From a virus: 64,000 nucleotides of DNA. The stretch spans positions 32,979 to 96,978 of the IMG/VR virus record IMGVR_UViG_3300042305_000730, one strand, 5' to 3'. How positions within the stretch are numbered: position 1 is the first letter of the stretch; every line of letters begins with the position of its first letter. Below, piece after piece: positions 9,097 through 17,029 of the stretch. The notes under the pieces are model-generated. The model worked only from the letters and a program-made list of their open reading frames with translations, searched no databases and was not told the DNA's origin. Position numbers and translations under genes: made by a program.

Positions 9097-9542
9097 TGGC
9101 TGCACACGAACACTTAAACCCTGAGCAAGTTAGGGCTATAGCAGAAGCACATGGTGATAAGTATTTTGCCAACTACAAAGACCCAGTAAAACGTGATCGT
9201 GGTTGTTGCTATGACTATTCTGAGCATTTCGGTGAGTTTGGTAATGTAAAAGGAACAAAGATTAAACCATATGAAACTGAGCAAGATGGCGAAGCACATG
9301 CAATTAACGTTGTCCCAACCAGTCAAGGCCCTCACGCAGTAGATTTTACATACCTACAATTTGATAAAACAGCAAAAATGCCACATTTTGAACCATTACA
9401 TGAATATACTGCACGTTTTAAGAACAGATTCCCAAAAATGATTGAGTATCCACTACAAACTCCTTCAGGATCTGTAGAACACTTCTACCCAGACATGAAT
9501 TGGGAATATAAAGGCCCAACTAACGAGCACGGCAATTGGTAA
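9096..9542 (+). CDS. papain/transglutaminase-like (Cys-His-Asp) protein
   Basis: Start at TAATG overlap 9096 (MAAHEHLNPEQ); GCCYDYS...HAINVV...AVDFTYLQFD. Confidence 0.55.
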   Translation: MAAHEHLNPEQVRAIAEAHGDKYFANYKDPVKRDRGCCYDYSEHFGEFGNVKGTKIKPYETEQDGEAHAINVVPTSQGPHAVDFTYLQFDKTAKMPHFEPLHEYTARFKNRFPKMIEYPLQTPSGSVEHFYPDMNWEYKGPTNEHGNW

Positions 9543-9595
9543 TTGCCCTTTAGACGGCAAATTTTTCACCACCCAAATAGCCCTATACTTGATAA

Positions 9596-9901
9596 ATGCC
9601 TGAGTACACCTTTCAGTACGGCCCGTCTGACGAAGATGTGCCACATGAAGTCATTGCGAAAGAGGATAACAAAGTTGTAGGTCGTTTATCGTGGCACCCA
9701 CAGATTGAAAATGTCTTTGTTGAAGAAAACCACCGTAGGAAAGGTATCGCTACAGGAATGTACCGTCATGCCCAGCACATTTCTACCCAATTTGACGATG
9801 TAGCACCGCCCCAACATAATCCAATTCGCACTGTAGAAGGCGACGCTTGGGCTAAATCTACGGGTGACACACTTCCTCCACGTATTACCCCACGTAAGTA
9901 A
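9596..9901 (+). CDS. GNAT acetyltransferase
   Basis: VFVEENHRRKGIATGM; TATACT-N6-ATG promoter at 9584. Confidence 0.78.
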   Translation: MPEYTFQYGPSDEDVPHEVIAKEDNKVVGRLSWHPQIENVFVEENHRRKGIATGMYRHAQHISTQFDDVAPPQHNPIRTVEGDAWAKSTGDTLPPRITPRK

Positions 9902-9916
9902 CCATCTATACTTGAT
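9899..9916 (+). promoter_or_regulatory. leaderless promoter TAACCATCTATACTTGAT
   Basis: TATACT 9907-9912, 6 nt before ATG 9919; CTATACTTGATAAATG also at 9583. Confidence 0.7.
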
Positions 9917-9918
9917 AA

Positions 9919-10224
9919 ATGGCAGCCTCAGACCATCTTCACCCTACGTTATTCCATGGGTCTAGACAACAATTTAAGCCAGGGGACACTATCCAGCCCG
10001 TTACTGAGGCAACCTACAAAGAACGAGGCTATTCCACCCCAATGCCTGCCTTTGCCACTGAGAATCTGAATCGGGCGAGGGCCTTTGGGCATGTCTATGA
10101 GGTAGAGCCTCATGACTGGAGAGATGTAGAATGGGAAGAAGACGAGGGCGAGGGCGCTGAAGAAGGCGACTACGCAGCACTAAGTCATACCAAAGGCTAC
10201 AAAGTCATACGTAAGGTGAAATAA
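9919..10224 (+). CDS. Arr-like ADP-ribosyltransferase domain protein
   Basis: LFHGS...FKPGDTIQP...AFATENL..A...VYEVEP; paralog of 6483-6851. Confidence 0.65.
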   Translation: MAASDHLHPTLFHGSRQQFKPGDTIQPVTEATYKERGYSTPMPAFATENLNRARAFGHVYEVEPHDWRDVEWEEDEGEGAEEGDYAALSHTKGYKVIRKVK

Positions 10225-10568
10225 TGCCTAAACCAATCAAATATCAGTACGATGAGGGTGGACCTGATGTTGATCACCGTATTAATGCAAGGCAAGGACA
10301 CTCTACCGTAGGGTTTTTGGCGTGGCAGGGTAATACTACAGATAAATACAACCATGTTCACGCCGTATATGTGCGACCAGATATGCAGCGAAAGGGTATT
10401 GCAACCAAGATGTGGAAGCATGCTCATTACATTTCTGAACAATTTGAGTCAGTAGCACCACCAAGACACTCTCCAACCCGTACTAATGATGGTGACGCTT
10501 GGGCGAGGGCCGTTGGGGGAGACATACCACCAAAAAAAGGAACACTGCCCATGACTTGGGAGTTGTAG
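10224..10568 (+). CDS. GNAT acetyltransferase
   Basis: VYVRPDMQRKGIATKM. Confidence 0.78.
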   Translation: MPKPIKYQYDEGGPDVDHRINARQGHSTVGFLAWQGNTTDKYNHVHAVYVRPDMQRKGIATKMWKHAHYISEQFESVAPPRHSPTRTNDGDAWARAVGGDIPPKKGTLPMTWEL

Positions 10569-10677
10569 AGCCAAATTTAGGTCTACGTTAGGGCAAAATG
10601 GTGTGTGTGCAATTTTTTGGGATGGGTCTATCTGGTGGGTTGATGCTTAGTGGGGGGTGGGCCCTCCTCCCCACGCA

Positions 10678-10773
10678 ACCCTCAACCTCTACTTAAGGGT
10701 GGGGGGTCTACCCTCAACCCTCAACCCTCACTAGAGAGTTCACCCATCAACCCTCTACCTATACTGTAGGGTT
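10678..10773. repeat. three imperfect palindromes (A)ACCCTC(A/T)A-N7-T(T/A/G)xAG(G/A)GT(T)
   Basis: 10678-10700, 10716-10740, 10749-10773; arms of 8-9 bp with 7-bp spacers. Confidence 0.7.
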
Positions 10774-11322
10774 AGTGGATGGTTGAGACTTTGGGCGAAT
10801 CCCTTGTGTCATATGGGCACAACCCTCAATGGCTCAATAGGAGCCTCTAGGAGCGTCTGATAGGCGGATACGCCTACTCATAGGGAATCGTCCTTTGCTC
10901 CTCTCCTATGGCATCCTGACGCTTCTCAGAGGGATCTAGGGATGAAGGGCGATAAGCATCACTCCACGTGGCATTGGCGGGCTAGACGTGGGTCTATGCC
11001 GGGGGGTCAGCACGACATTGGGATGCTAGGGGAGCATTTGCACTGGTTCCGGCACTCCAGTGATTGATATCTCACTGCATATGCATGCACTCACCAATGA
11101 CCGATTCATTCATGCATTCCTTCCCTTCATCCCTCCTCCTGATAGATGAATTGAGTGGTGATGTGCTGGGCGAAATACTCCACGTGGCACTCCACAATGG
11201 AATGGTTCATATCGAGATATGCCATCGTTCGGATGGAGGCTCTCCTCATCCATGTGCTGCTCTTCTGTCCCCTCTCCGATGATCCTGTGACGTGCTTTTC
11301 AGTGATGTAGGTGAACTTGGGC

Positions 11323-11365
11323 AAAAAAAAGATCCCCATGACAACTTGTGCCATGGGGATCTTTT
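11323..11365. terminator. bidirectional intrinsic terminator
   Basis: A8-GATCCCCATG...CATGGGGATC-TTTT, just downstream of the helicase gene. Confidence 0.8.
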
Positions 11366-11376
11366 CGGAACGTTGG

Positions 11377-12858
11377 TTACGAGTAAGACCGAAGAATTGC
11401 CATCGCCATTGACTCATTGTCCTCAGAGATCAGATCGTTGCTCGTGCCCTCCAGCACGCCGATCATGACCTTATTCTTCGCCTCAATGAGCATGAGCATC
11501 TTCTCGTCCATCGTTGTCATGCCCTCAATGCCAGCAACCATGATGTGCGAAACAGTCTCACGGGTCTGCCCGAAACGATTGATGCGATCCTCCACTTGAA
11601 GCAGATCAGCCGATGTCCACGACAGTGAGCAGGACACATGGTGACGTGCGGAGTGGAGCGTGATGCCCGTACCGGCACTCTGCACGTTGCCAATCAGGAC
11701 ACGTGCATGCCCACTCTGGAATGCATCCACTGCTTCCATCTTTGCCTTGTCATTCATTCCACCTACGATGCGAACAGCGTTGTGGGATTCAGCGAAGTGG
11801 GCGAAATATGCATCGGCTTCATCCTTGAAGTTGGTGCTCATGAACACTTGCTCACCATCGTCCAGCAGATTCTCCACGTACTTGATCACAGGCTTCACTG
11901 AGCCCATCGCACAGATGTGGCGGAGTTCATTAATGCGAACTAATGCCTCAGCGAGCATCGCCTTCTGAGCACGTACTTCGCCTTTGGTATTGCGAATCCA
12001 TTCAATGAGATTCTCTTCGCATGCGATGTAGTTCGCAACACGCTTCTCATCCATCTCAATCGTGACTTGTGTACGCCCCTTATTCGGGAGTGTGAGCACT
12101 TCACTTCGCACACGGCGGATCATGAATGAGCCCGTGAGCAGATCATGCAGTTCTTTGACGTGAGCCGCACCACGACTTCCGAATGCATCAATCTTCGGTG
12201 CATAGCGGTTGATGAAACCATTGATGCCACCCTTGAAGGTTGCTCCACGATCCAGCATCTCTACGACTGGGAGTAATTCCATCGGATGAGCCACGAGCGG
12301 TGTTCCACTCATGGCAACACGGATTCCGGAGGTTGAGACTGTCTTGGCAATTTCAACGCACGCTTGACTACGTTTCGCACGCTTGCCACCCTTGATGCGC
12401 TGACACTCGTCCACGATGATTCCAGCAACGTTGTGCTTCAGTAAGTTCTTCCATCCAGCCAGTGATGCATCACCAATCAGCAACACATCTGCTTTGGGCA
12501 ATTCAGTGATTTTGTGCTTGACAGGATTTGTTCCAGTGATCGTATGGACACTCACTGTTGGTGAGAACTTTGCGAACTCACGAGCCCACTGCAAACGCAT
12601 GGACGGTGGTACGACAATCAACACTGGAGTCATGCCTGCGTTTACAGATGCTGTTGCGATGGCAATCGCAGTTGCTGTCTTACCAACGCCCTGCTCATCA
12701 GCGATCAACACGGTGCGATTGTCTAATGCAAATTGACAACCAGTCACTTGGTGATCTAACAGTGGTTGCGCGAGTGATGGCATTGACAATTTGGTTTTAG
12801 TGATTGGTGCATTCTTCATGAATTGCTGAAGATCTTGAAGTGCTTTTAACTGTGACAT
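11377..12858 (-). CDS. SNF2-family (SMARCAL1/HARP-like) helicase
   Basis: ADEQGVGKT, IVDECQ, MSGTP, QVEDRINRFGQ; start re-called at ATG 12858 after GAAAGG. Confidence 0.85.
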   Translation of the reverse strand: MSQLKALQDLQQFMKNAPITKTKLSMPSLAQPLLDHQVTGCQFALDNRTVLIADEQGVGKTATAIAIATASVNAGMTPVLIVVPPSMRLQWAREFAKFSPTVSVHTITGTNPVKHKITELPKADVLLIGDASLAGWKNLLKHNVAGIIVDECQRIKGGKRAKRSQACVEIAKTVSTSGIRVAMSGTPLVAHPMELLPVVEMLDRGATFKGGINGFINRYAPKIDAFGSRGAAHVKELHDLLTGSFMIRRVRSEVLTLPNKGRTQVTIEMDEKRVANYIACEENLIEWIRNTKGEVRAQKAMLAEALVRINELRHICAMGSVKPVIKYVENLLDDGEQVFMSTNFKDEADAYFAHFAESHNAVRIVGGMNDKAKMEAVDAFQSGHARVLIGNVQSAGTGITLHSARHHVSCSLSWTSADLLQVEDRINRFGQTRETVSHIMVAGIEGMTTMDEKMLMLIEAKNKVMIGVLEGTSNDLISEDNESMAMAILRSYS

Positions 12859-12892
12859 GGTGAGCCTTTCATTGGTTGAATAGATGGTGCTG

Positions 12893-12930
12893 ATTCTATC
12901 GGTTTGGAATGGATTTGACGGGACATTACA
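12893..12930 (-). promoter_or_regulatory. early promoter TGTAATG-N25-TAGAAT
   Basis: Shares TGTAATGTCC, ATTCCAAACCGATA and spacing with the promoter at 14570-14607. Confidence 0.6.
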
Positions 12931-12946
12931 ACCTTTTTTGGGCAAT

Positions 12947-12987
12947 AAAAAAGCCCCAGCACATCAGGGATTGATGCACTGGGGCTT
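12947..12987 (-). terminator. intrinsic terminator (AGCCCCAG family)
   Basis: AAGCCCCAG...CTGGGGCTT stem followed by a T-run on -. Confidence 0.8.
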
Positions 12988-13000
12988 CGCATGGCCCGAT

Positions 13001-13834
13001 TCACCACAGGGCTAAAGCGGTGCTCCCGTACTTTTCTTCGCAGACACTGCCCATGCCTACTTGGCGACTGCGCTCATCGGTGAGTGTCCTTCCACAGCAG
13101 AAGCACCTGCCCAAGTTATTTGCGAATGCCATTTGGCATTCCGCAAAGTCCTCATGGCTCAAGTCGGCAAGCAACGTCATCACACGTTCTGCCTCCACCA
13201 ATGACATCACTGGTGAGTTCGCAGACAAGTCACTGTCAGACAATGCTCCACCAAGAACACGCTTCAGTACCCACACTGTTCCACCCTTGCGGTGTGACTT
13301 GATCAGACCGTAGAAGTCAAGATCATTGTTGCCTGTATGTGACTTGAAAGCGAAGAAATACTCTGCACCTTCAGCGGTGAGATAACGCAGTGACTTCACA
13401 CTGCTGTTCACCAACTGCTCAATGCGATTATGTGAGTGCGATCCATCCTTGACGGGGTCAATGCATGAACCCTTGCGATGGATCGTGAACCACTTAGTGT
13501 TCACCTGACATGCGTAACCTGCATTCGCATCCACGTCATGACCGCAAGCGAGACAAGGCTTCGCATACTTATTTGCAATCACCCGATCAGCATTCGCAAT
13601 TCCGGCATTAGTCAAAGATTCCTGCTGAATTGGATCTACCTTTTTCGGCACTGGCACAGCCAACAGCATGTTGATCAATGCACTGGCATCTTTGGATGTG
13701 TACGTGGCTTGCTTTGCAAAGATGAACTCACTTGCCGATGTCGTAGTCGGGTCAATGCCCAACAGATCTGCCCGTTCAATTACGAGTGACACGGCGAATG
13801 ACAATTGCTTTTCGGACATAGGATTATCTGACAT
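13001..13834 (-). CDS. DUF6011-domain protein
   Basis: C-terminal GRCFCCGRTLTDERSRQVGMGSVC; N-terminal MSEKQLSF. Confidence 0.75.
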   Translation of the reverse strand: MSDNPMSEKQLSFAVSLVIERADLLGIDPTTTSASEFIFAKQATYTSKDASALINMLLAVPVPKKVDPIQQESLTNAGIANADRVIANKYAKPCLACGHDVDANAGYACQVNTKWFTIHRKGSCIDPVKDGSHSHNRIEQLVNSSVKSLRYLTAEGAEYFFAFKSHTGNNDLDFYGLIKSHRKGGTVWVLKRVLGGALSDSDLSANSPVMSLVEAERVMTLLADLSHEDFAECQMAFANNLGRCFCCGRTLTDERSRQVGMGSVCEEKYGSTALALW

Positions 13835-13920
13835 AACTTCTCCATTTCATTTTGGTTGGTAAGCCCAGCATATGTCCGATGGCAATGGAAATACAACTAC
13901 TCAATTTGGGCTCAAACAGC

Positions 13921-13959
13921 AAAGAGCCCCAAACCTCCGATCATGAGGCTTGGGGCTCT
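13921..13959 (-). terminator. intrinsic terminator
   Basis: AGAGCCCCAA...TTGGGGCTCT stem. Confidence 0.7.
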
Positions 13960-13979
13960 AGGAGCATTACAGGTTTTTA

Positions 13980-14537
13980 TCAACTGATGCGCTGAGTGCC
14001 ATCCTGAGTCCAACGCTCCATGGTATTCGGATACATCAGGTCTTCATGCTCCTCTTCCCATTTGAGTTGGCAAGCCTTCTCCATGATTACATCGCCCATT
14101 GACTGAGTGAAGAAATACATTTCAGTCCGAACTCCATCCCGCCACATCTTGCGAATCTGCTCATCTTCAATCGCTGAATACTTCACTCCACGCACAATGT
14201 CACGGCGTGACAAGCGTGCAGTGAATCCTTCACCTTCAACATCAATGAACTCATCAACAAAATCCTTCGGATGAAAGTCAGTTGTGTAATCCTTGTCAAT
14301 CGCAACTTCAACCCAACTGTCAAGATCTGCAAAGCCCGAGTTGAGAACTGCCTGCACGAGTTGATCAGTGAATCGGAACGGGTACTGACCTGCGAACTCA
14401 ATCATCGCTTCAATGACTCCGCACTCGGAGCAAATCTCAGTTGTGTTATCTACTCGTGAGATTGCACCTGCATACATTCCGGCAAACTCACGATTTGGGA
14501 TTGGTTCACTACAACGTGGACAATCTTTGATTTCCAT
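13980..14537 (-). CDS. hypothetical protein with N-terminal zinc ribbon
   Basis: CPRC...AISRVDNTTEICSECG; SD GAAAGGA. Confidence 0.7.
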   Translation of the reverse strand: MEIKDCPRCSEPIPNREFAGMYAGAISRVDNTTEICSECGVIEAMIEFAGQYPFRFTDQLVQAVLNSGFADLDSWVEVAIDKDYTTDFHPKDFVDEFIDVEGEGFTARLSRRDIVRGVKYSAIEDEQIRKMWRDGVRTEMYFFTQSMGDVIMEKACQLKWEEEHEDLMYPNTMERWTQDGTQRIS

Positions 14538-14569
14538 TTCTATTTCCTTTCGGTTGGTTGGTGTACATC

Positions 14570-14607
14570 AAGATATCGGTTTGGAATACCTCTGCAAGGA
14601 CATTACA
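14570..14607 (-). promoter_or_regulatory. early promoter TGTAATG-N25-TATCTT
   Basis: Twin of 12893-12930. Confidence 0.6.
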
Positions 14608-14621
14608 GGTTTTTTTACATG

Positions 14622-14653
14622 AAAAAGCCCCAGCCATGTGACTGGGGCTCTTT
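14622..14653 (-). terminator. intrinsic terminator; 24/25 identical to 15851-15875
   Basis: AGCCCCAGCCATGTGACTGGGGCTC plus T-run on -. Confidence 0.8.
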
Positions 14654-14670
14654 CACTTACCTTGATGGGA

Positions 14671-15729
14671 CTAGGAGCAGACTGCGGTCAGCCTTTCCAG
14701 CACCATCTTGTCGTAGTCAGCCTGAGCATTGGAGAGCAGGCGTGAGTAGTTGCGGTTGTAGCGATTCTTATCGCCACCACTGAAGTGCTGGTGGAATGTC
14801 GTGGTTGCCTGCACAACACCAAGTGCTGTGTTCTTCCACGGGGTGACACGTGGGTCATCCCTCCACAAGTTTTCTAACAGATCACGCTTTGGATTCTGCT
14901 TGCCAGCCGAGCGTGTGTCAGGTGTGGATGTCTTGACAGTGATCATCTTGCCAGCCTCATCCTGTGTGATGATTTCTGCCAAGTTGATTGGGAAGAGATC
15001 CGAAACCAATGCAGTGAATTGGTTGTCAGTGACTGCCCATGCGCTCAACTTTTCAAGAGCAACCAACATGTCATCCGAAGTCTTGAACACGATGTCCAAA
15101 GCATTGCGAACGGACGTGAGATCTCCCATTGAGTTTCCACTGTGGCGGAACTTGATCTGCTGACCCTCTTCACCGAGAGCCATTGCAAGAGTGTTGTCAC
15201 ACACCACTGCCTGCATCACACGCTTGATGATGGTTTGATTCTTACCGTCATGCGATGTTGTTGCGAGAAGTGTTGGGCGGAACTCAAAGCCTGCCGATGA
15301 TGTCACCGAGTCAGGAACTGAGATCTGAACCCATCCACGTGCTGACTTACTCAAAAGACCTGCAGAGTCAATACCGAGTTCTGACGAGTCAATGATTTGG
15401 TTCAGGTTGTCCAACAACACTTCGCCGTACTGGTGGATCTGATAACGATCCGACACTACGCCGAACACATTGCCATCTGTACCGTGCACGATTGCTTGTG
15501 TGTTTTCAATCTGACGGAATGCACCGTCTGCAGTTTGCTGGAACACTGGACGTGACACAGCCTCAAAGTTGAAAAGCCTGCGCCGAACATCTTCCACTGG
15601 AATGAATCCATCGTAAGAGTTTGGCTCATCGCCCTGATCCTCTGCACGCCAGTGCCATGCCTTGCCACGCTTCAACACATTGCCAATCAAGGTCATTGTG
15701 TTGAGCCACTTGCTTGTTTCTGCGCTCAT
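14671..15729 (-). CDS. DUF932 / phage-plasmid-like protein
   Basis: AWH...GVVSDRY...LLATTSHDG...VVCDNTL. Confidence 0.85.
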   Translation of the reverse strand: MSAETSKWLNTMTLIGNVLKRGKAWHWRAEDQGDEPNSYDGFIPVEDVRRRLFNFEAVSRPVFQQTADGAFRQIENTQAIVHGTDGNVFGVVSDRYQIHQYGEVLLDNLNQIIDSSELGIDSAGLLSKSARGWVQISVPDSVTSSAGFEFRPTLLATTSHDGKNQTIIKRVMQAVVCDNTLAMALGEEGQQIKFRHSGNSMGDLTSVRNALDIVFKTSDDMLVALEKLSAWAVTDNQFTALVSDLFPINLAEIITQDEAGKMITVKTSTPDTRSAGKQNPKRDLLENLWRDDPRVTPWKNTALGVVQATTTFHQHFSGGDKNRYNRNYSRLLSNAQADYDKMVLERLTAVCS

Positions 15730-15847
15730 GATTATTACCTTTTATCTTTCCGACCCGTAGGTCTTATTGGTTGAGGATCTCATTGTAAGCACGTCACGTC
15801 CCATAAAGCAACTTAATCAAAACATAAATATCTGAGCCATACAGCAC

Positions 15848-15875
15848 AAGAGCCCCAGCCATATGACTGGGGCTC
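15848..15875 (-). terminator. intrinsic terminator
   Basis: AGCCCCAGCCATATGACTGGGGCTC. Confidence 0.75.
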
Positions 15876-15898
15876 CGGAACTAACGTGTGTTTACTGG

Positions 15899-16366
15899 CT
15901 AACCAATCTTGCTCCACTGTCCCACGGTCTTATCAAAGGCAAGAACGATTGGGTGAGAGATTGCAGGCATTACAGAGTTTTGCACTACATCTTCAGCAAC
16001 TTGTCGTGCAAGTTTTTCAACCATTACTCCGAAGTCTCCGTTGATCATCAACTCTTCCAACGTATTTGTTGAAGTAAGAACCTGAACAATTTGACTGTCC
16101 CAATTGATTTCTTCAACACACTCAACAACAAGATCCTTCAACTTCATATCCAATTCAGAATCAATCTTGTCAGACAACTCGCTTTCAATCTGATCGTCAA
16201 TTGTGTTCTTTGCGTTGTAGATGAAATCTTCTTGTGCATCTTCCATTTCCCCGACCCGTTTTTCCAAATCGTGAATGACTTTCCACAAGTTCTCAACTGT
16301 TGTTTTCCACAAGTCTTCACTCGGTAGTGGTGCAAATGTTGTGGCATTTGGGTAACTGTTTTCCAT
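15899..16366 (-). CDS. acidic coiled-coil hypothetical protein
   Basis: SD AAGGAG; D/E-rich. Confidence 0.7.
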   Translation of the reverse strand: MENSYPNATTFAPLPSEDLWKTTVENLWKVIHDLEKRVGEMEDAQEDFIYNAKNTIDDQIESELSDKIDSELDMKLKDLVVECVEEINWDSQIVQVLTSTNTLEELMINGDFGVMVEKLARQVAEDVVQNSVMPAISHPIVLAFDKTVGQWSKIG

Positions 16367-16392
16367 GATGTGCTCCTTTAGTAGTGGTTTGT

Positions 16393-16602
16393 TTATGAGA
16401 AGTAATTTGACGATTTCAGAACGGACATTACAGAAGTTCCTTCTTCATCTGCAATATCAATGATGCGCTCCTCATAACCATTGTTGAAGTCTTCTACTTC
16501 CTGTCGTGAAAGTTTATTGAAGTCTACGAAGACGCACTGTTCAATGTGGATGAAAGTTCCGTTGTCAAGATCAACTACCACGATGTCTGATTGCGTTGCC
16601 AT
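16393..16602 (-). CDS. hypothetical protein
   Basis: TGATG-coupled, SD GGAGG. Confidence 0.65.
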   Translation of the reverse strand: MATQSDIVVVDLDNGTFIHIEQCVFVDFNKLSRQEVEDFNNGYEERIIDIADEEGTSVMSVLKSSNYFS

Positions 16603-16988
16603 CAGATGCCTCCCCTATCTTCGTAGAACGTGACAGCATCTTTGATGTTGTTTGAGTACTCACCGGAATAAGCGGAGAAACCTTCCTTCGTTGCACTCAC
16701 TCCCCACGTCACATATGGATCACGGTCGTTTGGGTCTTTCATGCAGATTGCAATCCACGTTGCGAGCGTGTCGTCAGGGATGCGCTTTGTCTTTTTGGTG
16801 CAAGCAATAACTACTGCACCGTTGGGCAAAATGTCACCAATTTGCAATTCTTTATCACGCATGTCCTGCGTGAGGGTTGTTGTTTGTGTACCCACGTTTT
16901 CTCCTTTGGTATGGTTGTTGCTCAATGCTTCGTCCACAAACTTCATGAACGCTTTGTTGTACTTGTTGTACAAGTCTTCGGTTGTCAT
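16602..16988 (-). CDS. hypothetical protein
   Basis: Start re-called at MTTEDL after AAGGAG. Confidence 0.65.
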   Translation of the reverse strand: MTTEDLYNKYNKAFMKFVDEALSNNHTKGENVGTQTTTLTQDMRDKELQIGDILPNGAVVIACTKKTKRIPDDTLATWIAICMKDPNDRDPYVTWGVSATKEGFSAYSGEYSNNIKDAVTFYEDRGGI

Positions 16989-17029
16989 TACTTGCTCCTT
17001 TGCTTGGTTGTTGTTTTGATTAGTTGTGA

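Noticed and set aside
6483-10224. Rifampicin-resistance (arr) genes
   Set aside because: Only the generic ART core is recognisable; nothing in the sequence supports rifamycin as the substrate.
10701-10735. Telomere-like (ACCCTCA)n tract
   Set aside because: Only about three tandem units, explained as overlapping half sites of the palindromes.
11064-11417. ORFs 11064-11282 (+) and 11127-11417 (-)
   Set aside because: No RBS or recognisable features; the minus ORF crosses a strong terminator.
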